Position numbers and translations under genes: made by a program. Positions 12,661 through 25,300 of a DNA stretch of 64,000 nucleotides are shown here, piece by piece. Position 1 is the first letter of the stretch. Each line of letters starts with the position of its first letter. This DNA is from Eledone cirrhosa. Taxonomy: Eukaryota. The stretch spans positions 2,914,001 to 2,978,000 of the forward strand of contig OZ024744.1 of assembly GCA_964016885.1 (NCBI GenBank), given 5' to 3'. The notes under the pieces are model-generated. The model made no database searches. It saw only the letters and a program-made list of their open reading frames with translations, and had not been told where the DNA came from.

Positions 12661-15600
12661 TAGTTGGTGAAGAACGAAGTTTTGAGGGAAGACAAGGTAG
12701 AGAAAGATAGCTTGGTGAAGAACGACGTTTTGAGGGAAGACAAGGTAGAGAAAGATAGCTTGGTGAAGAACGAGGTTTTGTGGGAAGACAAGGTAGAGAA
12801 AGATAGCTTGGTGAAGAACGAAGTTTTGGGGGAAGACAAGGTAGAGAAAGATAGCTTGGTGAAGAACGAAGTTTTGGGGAAGACAATGTAGAGAAAGATA
12901 GCTTGGTGAAGAACGAAGTTTTGGGGGAAGACAATGTAGAGAAAGATAGCTTGGTGAAGAACGACGTTTTGAGGGAAGACAAGGTAGAGAAAGATAGCTT
13001 GGTGAAGAACGACGTTTTGTGGGAAGACAAGGTAGAGAAAGATAGCTTGGTGAAGAACGAAGTTTTGGGGGAAGACAAGGTAGAGAAAGATAGCTTGGTG
13101 AAGAACGAAGTTTTGGGGGAAGACAAGGTAGAGAAAGATAGCTTGGTGAAGAACGAAGTTTTGTGGGAAGACAAGGTAGAGAAAGATAGCTTGGTGAAGA
13201 ACGAAGTTTTGGGGAAGACAATGTAGAGAAAGATAGCTTGGTGAAGAACGAAGTTTTGGGGGAAGACAAGGTAGAGAAAGATAGCTTGGTGAATAACGAA
13301 ATTTTGGGAGAAGACAAGGTCGAGAAAGATAGCTTGGTGAAGAACGAAATTTTGAGGGAAGACAAGGTAGAGAAAGATAGCTTGGTGAAGAACGACGTTT
13401 TGGTGGAAGACAAGGTAGAGAAAGATAGCTTGGTGAAGAACGATGTTTTGGGGAAGACAATGTAGAGAAAGATAGCTTGGTGAAGAACGAAGTTTTGGGG
13501 GAAGACAAGGTAGAGAAAGATAGCTTGGTGAAGAACGACGTTTTGAGGGAAGACAAGGTAGAGAAAGATAGCTTGGTGAAGAACGACGTTTTGTGGGAAG
13601 ACAAGGTAGAGAAAGATAGCTTGGTGAAGAACGAAGTTTTGGGGGAAGACAAGGTAGAGAAAGATAGCTTGGTGAAGAACGGAGTTTTGGGGGAAGACAA
13701 GGTAGAGAAAGATAGCTTGGTGAAGAACGAAGTTTTGGGGGAAGACAAGGTAGAGAAAGATAGCTTGGTGAAGAACGAAGTTTTGTGGAAGACAATGTAG
13801 AGAAAGATAGCTTGGTGAAGAACGAAGTTTTGGGGAAGACAATGTAGAGAAAGATAGCTTGGTGAAGAACGAAGTTTTGGGGGAAGACAAGGTAGAGAAA
13901 GATAGCTTGGTGAAGAACGAAGTTTTGGGAGAAGACAAGGTAGAGAAAGATAGCTTGGTGAAGAACGACCTTTTGAGGGAAGACAAGGTAGAGAAAGATA
14001 GCTTGGTGAAGAACGACGTTTTGTGGGAAGACAAGGTAGAGAAAGATAGCTTGGTGAAGAACGAAGTTTTGGGGGAAGACAAGGTAGAGAAAGATAGCTT
14101 GGTGAAGAACGAAGTTTTGGGGGAAGACAAGGTAGAGAAAGATAGCTTGGTGAAGAACGAAGTTTTGTGGGAAGACAAGGTAGAGAAAGATAGCTTGGTG
14201 AAGAACAAAGTTTTGGGGGAAGACAATGTAGAGAAAGATAGCTTGGTGAAGAACGAAGTTTTGGGGGAAGACAAGGTAGAGAAAGATAGCTTGGTGAATA
14301 ACGAAATTTTGGGAGAAGACAAGGTCGAGAAAGATAGCTTGGTGAAGAACGAAATTTTGAGGGAAGACAAGGTAGAGAAAGATAGCTTGGTGAAGAACGA
14401 CGTTTTGGTGGAAGACAAGGTAGAGAAAGATAGCTTGGTGAAGAACGATGTTTTGGGGAAGACAATGTAGAGAAAGATAGCTTGGTGAAGAACGAAGTTT
14501 TGGGGGAAGACAAGGTAGAGAAAGATAGCTTGGTGAAGAACGAAGTTTTGGGAGAAGACAAGGTAGAGAAAGATAGCTTGGTGAAAAACGAAGTTTTGAG
14601 GGAAGACAAGGTAGAGAAAGATAGCTTGGTGAAGAACGACGTTTTGAGGGAAGACAAGGTCGAGAAAGATAGCTTGGTGAAGAACGAAATTTTGAGGGAA
14701 GACAAGGTAGAGAAAGATAGCTTGGTGAAGAACGATGTTTTGGGGAAGACAATGTAGAGAAAGATAGCTTGGTGAAGAACGAAGTTTTGGGGGAAGACAA
14801 GGTAGAGAAAGATAGCTTGGTGAAGAACGAAGTTTTGGGAGAAGACAAGGTAGAGAAAGATAGCTTGGTGAAGAACGAAGTTTTGAGGGAAGACAAGGTA
14901 GAGAAAGATAGCTTGGTGAAGAACGACGTTTTGAGGGAAGACAAGGTCGAGAAAGATAGCTTGGTGAAGAACGAAATTTTGAGGGAAGACAAGGTAGAGA
15001 AAGATAGCTTGGTGAAGAACGACGTTTTGGTGGAAGACAAGGTAGAGAAAGATAGCTTGGTGAAGAACGAAGTTTTGGGAGAAGACAAGGTAGAGAAAGA
15101 TAGCTTGGTGAAGAACGAAGTTTTGAGGGAAGACAAGGTAGAGAAAGATAGCTTGGTGAAGAACGACGTTTTGAGGGAAGACAAGGTCGAGAAAGATAGC
15201 TTGGTGAAGAACGAAATTTTGAGGGAAGACAAGGTAGAGAAAGATAGCTTGGTGAAGAACGATGTTTTGGGGAAGACAATGTAGAGAAAGATAGCTTGGT
15301 GAAGAACGAAGTTTTGGGGGAAGACAAGGTAGAGAAAGATAGCTTGGTGAAGAACGAAGTTTTGGGAGAAGACAAGGTAGAGAAAGATAGCTTGGTGAAG
15401 AACGAAGTTTTGAGGGAAGACAAGGTAGAGAAAGATAGCTTGGTGAAGAACGACGTTTTGAGGGAAGACAAGGTCGAGAAAGATAGCTTGGTGAAGAACG
15501 AAATTTTGAGGGAAGACAAGGTAGAGAAAGATAGCTTGGTGAAGAACGACGTTTTGGTGGAAGACAAGGTAGAGAAAGATAGCTTGGTGAAGAACGATGT

Positions 15601-18600
15601 TTTGGGGAAGACAATGTAGAGAAAGATAGCTTGGTGAAGAACGAAGTTTTGGTGGAAGACAAGGTAGAGAAAGATAGCTTGGTGAATAACGAAGTTTTGG
15701 GAGAAGACAAGGTAGAGAAAGATAGTTGGTGAAGAACGAAGTTTTGAGGGAAGACAAGGTAGAGAAAGATAGCTTGGTGAAGAACGAAGTTTTGGGGGAA
15801 GACAAGGTAGAGAAAGATAGCTTGGTGAAGAACGAAGTTTTGGGGAAGACAATGTAGAGAAAGATAGCTTGGTGAAGAACGAAGTTTTGGGGGAAGACAA
15901 GGTAGAGAAAGATAGCTTGGTGAAGAACGACGTTTTGAGGGAAGACAAGGTAGAGAAAGATAGCTTGGTGAAGAACGACGTTTTGTGGGAAGACAAGGTA
16001 GAGAAAGATAGCTTGGTGAAGAACGAAGTTTTGGGGGAAGACAAGGTAGAGAAAGATAGCTTGGTGAAGAACGAAGTTTTGGGGGAAGACAAGGTAGAGA
16101 AAGATAGCTTGGTGAAGAACGAAGTTTTGTGGGAAGACAAGGTAGAGAAAGATAGCTTGGTGAAGAACGAAGTTTTGGGGAAGACAATGTAGAGAAAGAT
16201 AGCTTGGTGAAGAACGAAGTTTTGGGGGAAGACAAGGTAGAGAAAGATAGCTTGGTGAATAACGAAATTTTGGGAGAAGACAAGGTCGAGAAAGATAGCT
16301 TGGTGAAGAACGAAATTTTGAGGGAAGACAAGGTAGAGAAAGATAGCTTGGTGAAGAACGACGTTTTGGTGGAAGACAAGGTAGAGAAAGATGGCTTGGT
16401 GAAGAACGATGTTTTGGGGAAGACAATGTAGAGAAAGATAGCTTGGTGAAGAACGAAGTTTTGGGGGAAGACAAGGTAGAGAAAGATAGCTTGGTGAAGA
16501 ACGACGTTTTGAGGGAAGACAAGGTAGAGAAAGATAGCTTGGTGAAGAACGACGTTTTGTGGGAAGACAAGGTAGAGAAAGATAGCTTGGTGAAGAACGA
16601 AGTTTTGGGGGAAGACAAGGTAGAGAAAGATAGCTTGGTGAAGAACGGAGTTTTGGGGGAAGACAAGGTAGAGAAAGATAGCTTGGTGAAGAACGAAGTT
16701 TTGGGGGAAGACAAGGTAGAGAAAGATAGCTTGGTGAAGAACGAAGTTTTGTGGAAGACAATGTAGAGAAAGATAGCTTGGTGAAGAACGAAGTTTTGGG
16801 GAAGACAATGTAGAGAAAGATAGCTTGGTGAAGAACGAAGTTTTGGGGGAAGACAAGGTAGAGAAAGATAGCTTGGTGAAGAACGAAGTTTTGGGAGAAG
16901 ACAAGGTAGAGAAAGATAGCTTGGTGAAGAACGAAGTTTTGGGGGAAGACAAGGTAGAGAAAGATAGCTTGGTGAAGAACGACGTTTTGAGGGAAGACAA
17001 GGTCGAGAAAGATAGCTTGGTGAAGAACGAAATTTTGAGGGAAGACAAGGTAGAGAAAGATAGCTTGGTGAAGAACGATGTTTTGGGGAAGACAATGTAG
17101 AGAAAGATAGCTTGGTGAAGAACGAAGTTTTGGGGGAAGACAAGGTAGAGAAAGATAGCTTGGTGAAGAACGAAGTTTTGGGAGAAGACAAGGTAGAGAA
17201 AGATAGCTTGGTGAAGAACGAAGTTTTGAGGGAAGACAAGGTAGAGAAAGATAGCTTGGTGAAGAACGACGTTTTGAGGGAAGACAAGGTCGAGAAAGAT
17301 AGCTTGGTGAAGAACGAAATTTTGAGGGAAGACAAGGTAGAGAAAGATAGCTTGGTGAAGAACGACGTTTTGGTGGAAGACAAGGTAGAGAAAGATAGCT
17401 TGGTGAAGAACGATGTTTTGGGGAAGACAATGTAGAGAAAGATAGCTTGGTGAAGAACGAAGTTTTGGTGGAAGACAAGGTAGAGAAAGATAGCTTGGTG
17501 AATAACGAAGTTTTGGGAGAAGACAAGGTAGAGAAAGATAGTTGGTGAAGAACGAAGTTTTGAGGGAAGACAAGGTAGAGAAAGATAGCTTGGTGAAGAA
17601 CGACGTTTTGAGGGAAGACAAGGTAGAGAAAGATAGCTTGGTGAAGAACGAGGTTTTGTGGGAAGACAAGGTAGAGAAAGATAGCTTGGTGAAGAACGAA
17701 GTTTTGGGGGAAGACAAGGTAGAGAAAGATAGCTTGGTGAAGAACGAAGTTTTGGGGAAGACAATGTAGAGAAAGATAGCTTGGTGAAGAACGAAGTTTT
17801 GGGGGAAGACAAGGTAGAGAAAGATAGCTTGGTGAAGAACGACGTTTTGAGGGAAGACAAGGTAGAGAAAGATAGCTTGGTGAAGAACGACGTTTTGTGG
17901 GAAGACAAGGTAGAGAAAGATAGCTTGGTGAAGAACGAAGTTTTGGGGGAAGACAAGGTAGAGAAAGATAGCTTGGTGAAGAACGAAGTTTTGGGGGAAG
18001 ACAAGGTAGAGAAAGATAGCTTGGTGAAGAACGAAGTTTTGTGGGAAGACAAGGTAGAGAAAGATAGCTTGGTGAAGAACGAAGTTTTGGGGAAGACAAT
18101 GTAGAGAAAGATAGCTTGGTGAAGAACGAAGTTTTGGGGGAAGACAAGGTAGAGAAAGATAGCTTGGTGAATAACGAAATTTTGGGAGAAGACAAGGTCG
18201 AGAAAGATAGCTTGGTGAAGAACGAAATTTTGAGGGAAGACAAGGTAGAGAAAGATAGCTTGGTGAAGAACGACGTTTTGGTGGAAGACAAGGTAGAGAA
18301 AGATAGCTTGGTGAAGAACGATGTTTTGGGGAAGACAATGTAGAGAAAGATAGCTTGGTGAAGAACGAAGTTTTGGGGGAAGACAAGGTAGAGAAAGATA
18401 GCTTGGTGAAGAACGACGTTTTGAGGGAAGACAAGGTAGAGAAAGATAGCTTGGTGAAGAACGACGTTTTGTGGGAAGACAAGGTAGAGAAAGATAGCTT
18501 GGTGAAGAACGAAGTTTTGGGGGAAGACAAGGTAGAGAAAGATAGCTTGGTGAAGAACGGAGTTTTGGGGGAAGACAAGGTAGAGAAAGATAGCTTGGTG

Positions 18601-18832
18601 AAGAACGAAGTTTTGGGGGAAGACAAGGTAGAGAAAGATAGCTTGGTGAAGAACGAAGTTTTGTGGAAGACAATGTAGAGAAAGATAGCTTGGTGAAGAA
18701 CGAAGTTTTGGGGAAGACAATGTAGAGAAAGATAGCTTGGTGAAGAACGAAGTTTTGGGGGAAGACAAGGTAGAGAAAGATAGCTTGGTGAAGAACGAAG
18801 TTTTGGGAGAAGACAAGGTAGAGAAAGATAGC
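9077..18832 (+). repeat. Tandem higher-order duplication, offset 4,878 bp (~102 monomers), overlapping the 5,071-bp duplication
   Basis: ORF starts pair at 4878 (9604/14482, 9891/14769, 10991/15869, 12664/17542, 13859/18737). The rare GACCTTTTG variant occurs at ~9090 and ~13968. Confidence 0.88.
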
Positions 18833-21800
18833 TTGGTGAAGAACGAAGTTTTGGGGGAAGACAAGGTAGAGAAAGATAGCTTGGTGAAGAACGACGTTTT
18901 GAGGGAAGACAAGGTAGAGAAAGATAGCTTGGTGAAGAACGACGTTTTGTGGGAAGACAAGGTAGAGAAAGATAGCTTGGTGAAGAACGAAGTTTTGGGG
19001 GAAGACAAGGTAGAGAAAGATAGCTTGGTGAAGAACGAAGTTTTGGGGGAAGACAAGGTAGAGAAAGATAGCTTGGTGAAGAACGAAGTTTTGTGGGAAG
19101 ACAAGGTAGAGAAAGATAGCTTGGTGAAGAACGATGTTTTGGGGAAGACAATGTAGAGAAAGATAGCTTGGAGAAGAACGAAGTTTTGGGGGAAGACAAG
19201 GTAGAGAAAGATAGCTTGGTGAATAACGAAATTTTGGGAGTAGACAAGGTCGAGAAAGATAGCTTGGTGAAGAACGAAATTTTGAGGGAAGACAAGGTAG
19301 AGAAAGATAGCTTGGTGAAGAACGACGTTTTGGTGGAAGACAAGGTAGAGAAAGATAGCTTGGTGAAGAACGATGTTTTGGGGAAGACAATGTAGAGAAA
19401 GATAGCTTGGTGAAGAACGAAGTTTTGGGGGAAGACAAGGTAGAGAAAGATAGCTTGGTGAAGAACGAAGTTTTGAGGGAAGACAAGGTAGAGAAAGATA
19501 GCTAGGTGAATAACGAAGTTTTGGGAGAAGACAAGGTAGAGAAAGATAGCTTGGTGGAGAACGAAGTTTTGGGGGAAGACAAGGTAGAGAAAGATAGCTT
19601 GGTGAAGAACGAAGTTTTGGGGGAAGACAAGGTAGAGAAAGATAGCTTGGTGAAGAACGAAGTTTTGGGGAAGACAATGTAGAGAAAGATAGCTTGGTGA
19701 AGAACGAAGTTTTGGGGGAAGACAAGGTAGAGAAAGATAGCTTGGTGAATAACGAAGTTTTGGGAGAAGACAAGGTCGAGAAAGATAGCTTGGTGAAGAA
19801 CGACGTTTTGAGGGAAGACAAGGTCGAGAAAGATAGCTTGGTGAAGAACGAAATTTTGAGGGAAGACAAGGTAGAGAAAGATAGCTTGGTGAAGAACGAT
19901 GTTTTGGGGAAGACAATGTAGAGAAAGATAGCTTGGTGAAGAACGAAGTTTTGGGGGAAGACAAGGTAGAGAAAGATAGCTTGGTGAAGAACGAAGTTTT
20001 GGGAGAAGACAAGGTAGAGAAAGATAGCTTGGTGAAGAACGAAGTTTTGAGGGAAGACAAGGTAGAGAAAGATAGCTTGGTGAAGAACGACGTTTTGAGG
20101 GAAGACAAGGTCGAGAAAGATAGCTTGGTGAAGAACGAAATTTTGAGGGAAGACAAGGTAGAGAAAGATAGCTTGGTGAAGAACGACGTTTTGGTGGAAG
20201 ACAAGGTAGAGAAAGATAGCTTGGTGAAGAACGATGTTTTGGGGAAGACAATGTAGAGAAAGATAGCTTGGTGAAGAACGAAGTTTTGGTGGAAGACAAG
20301 GTAGAGAAAGATAGCTTGGTGAATAACGAAGTTTTGGGAGAAGACAAGGTAGAGAAAGATAGTTGGTGAAGAACGAAGTTTTGAGGGAAGACAAGGTAGA
20401 GAAAGATAGCTTGGTGAAGAACGACGTTTTGAGGGAAGACAAGGTAGAGAAAGATAGCTTGGTGAAGAACGAGGTTTTGTGGGAAGACAAGGTAGAGAAA
20501 GATAGCTTGGTGAAGAACGAAGTTTTGGGGGAAGACAAGGTAGAGAAAGATAGCTTGGTGAAGAACGAAGTTTTGGGGAAGACAATGTAGAGAAAGATAG
20601 CTTGGTGAAGAACGAAGTTTTGGGGGAAGACAAGGTAGAGAAAGATAGCTTGGTGAAGAACGACGTTTTGAGGGAAGACAAGGTAGAGAAAGATAGCTTG
20701 GTGAAGAACGACGTTTTGTGGGAAGACAAGGTAGAGAAAGATAGCTTGGTGAAGAACGAAGTTTTGGGGGAAGACAAGGTAGAGAAAGATAGCTTGGTGA
20801 AGAACGAAGTTTTGGGGGAAGACAAGGTAGAGAAAGATAGCTTGGTGAAGAACGAAGTTTTGTGGGAAGACAAGGTAGAGAAAGATAGCTTGGTGAAGAA
20901 CGAAGTTTTGGGGAAGACAATGTAGAGAAAGATAGCTTGGTGAAGAACGAAGTTTTGGGGGAAGACAAGGTAGAGAAAGATAGCTTGGTGAATAACGAAA
21001 TTTTGGGAGAAGACAAGGTCGAGAAAGATAGCTTGGTGAAGAACGAAATTTTGAGGGAAGACAAGGTAGAGAAAGATAGCTTGGTGAAGAACGACGTTTT
21101 GGTGGAAGACAAGGTAGAGAAAGATAGCTTGGTGAAGAACGATGTTTTGGGGAAGACAATGTAGAGAAAGATAGCTTGGTGAAGAACGAAGTTTTGGGGG
21201 AAGACAAGGTAGAGAAAGATAGCTTGGTGAAGAACGACGTTTTGAGGGAAGACAAGGTAGAGAAAGATAGCTTGGTGAAGAACGACGTTTTGTGGGAAGA
21301 CAAGGTAGAGAAAGATAGCTTGGTGAAGAACGAAGTTTTGGGGGAAGACAAGGTAGAGAAAGATAGCTTGGTGAAGAACGGAGTTTTGGGGGAAGACAAG
21401 GTAGAGAAAGATAGCTTGGTGAAGAACGAAGTTTTGGGGGAAGACAAGGTAGAGAAAGATAGCTTGGTGAAGAACGAAGTTTTGTGGAAGACAATGTAGA
21501 GAAAGATAGCTTGGTGAAGAACGAAGTTTTGGGGAAGACAATGTAGAGAAAGATAGCTTGGTGAAGAACGAAGTTTTGGGGGAAGACAAGGTAGAGAAAG
21601 ATAGCTTGGTGAAGAACGAAGTTTTGGGAGAAGACAAGGTAGAGAAAGATAGCTTGGTGAAGAACGAAGTTTTGGGGGAAGACAAGGTAGAGAAAGATAG
21701 CTTGGTGAAGAACGACGTTTTGAGGGAAGACAAGGTAGAGAAAGATAGCTTGGTGAAGAACGACGTTTTGTGGGAAGACAAGGTAGAGAAAGATAGCTTG

Positions 21801-22366
21801 GTGAAGAACGAAGTTTTGGGGGAAGACAAGGTAGAGAAAGATAGCTTGGTGAAGAACGAAGTTTTGGGGGAAGACAAGGTAGAGAAAGATAGCTTGGTGA
21901 AGAACGAAGTTTTGTGGGAAGACAAGGTAGAGAAAGATAGCTTGGTGAAGAACGATGTTTTGGGGAAGACAATGTAGAGAAAGATAGCTTGGAGAAGAAC
22001 GAAGTTTTGGGGGAAGACAAGGTAGAGAAAGATAGCTTGGTGAATAACGAAATTTTGGGAGTAGACAAGGTCAAGAAAGATAGCTTGGTGAAGAACGAAA
22101 TTTTGAGGGAAGACAAGGTAGAGAAAGATAGCTTGGTGAAGAACGACGTTTTGGTGGAAGACAAGGTAGAGAAAGATAGCTTGGTGAAGAACGATGTTTT
22201 GGGGAAGACAATGTAGAGAAAGATAGCTTGGTGAAGAACGAAGTTTTGGGGGAAGACAAGGTAGAGAAAGATAGCTTGGTGAAGAACGAAGTTTTGAGGG
22301 AAGACAAGGTAGAGAAAGATAGCTTGGTGAATAACGAAGTTTTGGGAGAAGACAAGGTAGAGAAAG
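16969..22366 (+). repeat. Higher-order duplication, offset 2,821 bp
   Basis: ORF starts pair at 2821 (17112/19933, 17781/20602, 18737/21558, 19168/21989). Confidence 0.85.
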
Positions 22367-25300
22367 ATAGTTGGTGAAGAACGAAGTTTTGAGGGAAGAC
22401 AAGGTAGAGAAAGATAGCTTGGTGAAGAACGACGTTTTGAGGGAAGACAAGGTAGAGAAAGATAGCTTGGTGAAGAACGACGTTTTGTGGGAAGACAAGG
22501 TAGAGAAAGATAGCTTGGTGAAGAACGAAGTTTTGGGGGAAGACAAGGTAGAGAAAGATAGCTTGGTGAAGAACGAAGTTTTGGGGAAGACAATGTAGAG
22601 AAAGATAGCTTGGTGAAGAACGAAGTTTTGGGGGAAGACAAGGTAGAGAAAGATAGCTTGGTGAAGAACGAAGTTTTGAGGGAAGACAAGGTAGAGAAAG
22701 ATAGCTTGGTGAATAACGAAGTTTTGGGAGAAGACAAGGTAGAGAAAGATAGCTTGGTGAAGAACAACGTTTTGAGGGAAGACAAGGTAGAGAAAGATAG
22801 CTTGGTGAAGAACGAAGTTTTGGGGGAAGACAAGGTAGAGAAAGATAGCTTGGTGGAGAACGAAGTTTTGGGGGAAGACAAGGTAGAGAAAGATAGCTTG
22901 GTGAAGAACGAAGTTTTGGGGGAAGACAAGGTAGAGAAAGATAGCTTGGTGAAGAACGAAGTTTTGGGGAAGACAATGTAGAGAAAGATAGCTTGGTGAA
23001 GAACGAAGTTTTGGGGGAAGACAAGGTAGAGAAAGATAGCTTGGTGAATAACGAAGTTTTGGGAGAAGACAAGGTCGAGAAAGATAGCTTGGTGAAGAAC
23101 GAAATTTTGAGGGAAGACAAGGTAGAGAAAGATAGCTTGGTGAAGAACGACGTTTTGGTGGAAGACAAGGTAGAGAAAGATAGCTTGGTGAAGAACGATG
23201 TTTTGGGGAAGACAATGTAGAGAAAGATAGCTTGGTGAAGAACGAAGTTTTGGGGGAAGACAAGGTAGAGAAAGATAGCTTGGTGAAGAACGAAGTTTTG
23301 AGGGAAGACAAGGTAGAGAAAGATAGCTTGGTGAATAACGAAGTTTTGGGAGAAGACAAGGTAGAGAAAGATAGCTTGGTGAAGAACGACGTTTTGAGGG
23401 AAGACAAGGTAGAGAAAGATAGCTTGGTGAAGAACGAAGTTTTGTGGGAAGACAAGGTAGAGAAAGATAGCTTGGTGAAGAACGAAGTTTTGGGGAAGAC
23501 AATGTAGAGAAAGATAGCTTGGTGAAGAACGAAGTTTTGGGGGAAGACAAGGTAGAGAAAGATAGCTTGGTGAAGAACGACGTTTTGAGGGAAGACAAGG
23601 TAGAGAAAGATAGCTTGGTGAAGAACGACGTTTTGTGGGAAGACAAGGTAGAGAAAGATAGCTTGGTGAAGAACGAAGTTTTGGGGGAAGACAAGGTAGA
23701 GAAAGATAGCTTGGTGAAGAACGAAGTTTTGGGGGAAGACAAGGTAGAGAAAGATAGCTTGGTGAAGAACGAAGTTTTGTGGGAAGACAAGGTAGAGAAA
23801 GATAGCTTGGTGAAGAACGATGTTTTGGGGAAGACAATGTAGAGAAAGATAGCTTGGAGAAGAACGAAGTTTTGGGGGAAGACAAGGTAGAGAAAGATAG
23901 CTTGGTGAATAACGAAATTTTGGGAGTAGACAAGGTCGAGAAAGATAGCTTGGTGAAGAACGAAATTTTGAGGGAAGACAAGGTAGAGAAAGATAGCTTG
24001 GTGAAGAACGACGTTTTGGTGGAAGACAAGGTAGAGAAAGATAGCTTGGTGAAGAACGATGTTTTGGGGAAGACAATGTAGAGAAAGATAGCTTGGTGAA
24101 GAACGAAGTTTTGGGGGAAGACAAGGTAGAGAAAGATAGCTTGGTGAAGAACGAAGTTTTGAGGGAAGACAAGGTAGAGAAAGATAGCTTGGTGAATAAC
24201 GAAGTTTTGGGAGAAGACAAGGTAGAGAAAGATAGTTGGTGAAGAACGAAGTTTTGAGGGAAGACAAGGTAGAGAAAGATAGCTTGGTGAAGAACGACGT
24301 TTTGAGGGAAGACAAGGTAGAGAAAGATAGCTTGGTGAAGAACGACGTTTTGTGGGAAGACAAGGTAGAGAAAGATAGCTTGGTGAAGAACGAAGTTTTG
24401 GGGGAAGACAAGGTAGAGAAAGATAGCTTGGTGAAGAACGAAGTTTTGGGGAAGACAATGTAGAGAAAGATAGCTTGGTGAAGAACGAAGTTTTGGGGGA
24501 AGACAAGGTAGAGAAAGATAGCTTGGTGAAGAACGAAGTTTTGAGGGAAGACAAGGTAGAGAAAGATAGCTTGGTGAATAACGAAGTTTTGGGAGAAGAC
24601 AAGGTAGAGAAAGATAGCTTGGTGAAGAACGACGTTTTGAGGGAAGACAAGGTAGAGAAAGATAGCTTGGTGAAGAACGAAGTTTTGGGGGAAGACAAGG
24701 TAGAGAAAGATAGCTTGGTGGAGAACGAAGTTTTGGGGGAAGACAAGGTAGAGAAAGATAGCTTGGTGAAGAACGAAGTTTTGGGGGAAGACAAGGTAGA
24801 GAAAGATAGCTTGGTGAAGAACGAAGTTTTGGGGAAGACAATGTAGAGAAAGATAGCTTGGTGAAGAACGAAGTTTTGGGGGAAGACAAGGTAGAGAAAG
24901 ATAGCTTGGTGAATAACGAAGTTTTGGGAGAAGACAAGGTCGAGAAAGATAGCTTGGTGAAGAACGAAATTTTGAGGGAAGACAAGGTAGAGAAAGATAG
25001 CTTGGTGAAGAACGACGTTTTGGTGGAAGACAAGGTAGAGAAAAATAGCTTGGTGAAGAACGATGTTTTGGGGAAGACAATGTAGAGAAAGATAGCTTGG
25101 TGAAGAACGAAGTTTTGGGGGAAGACAAGGTAGAGAAAGATAGCTTGGTGAAGAACGAAGTTTTGAGGGAAGACAAGGTAGAGAAAGATAGCTTGGTGAA
25201 TAACGAAGTTTTGGGAGAAGACAAGGTAGAGAAAGATAGTTGGTGAAGAACGAAGTTTTGAGGGAAGACAAGGTAGAGAAAGATAGCTTGGTGAAGAACG

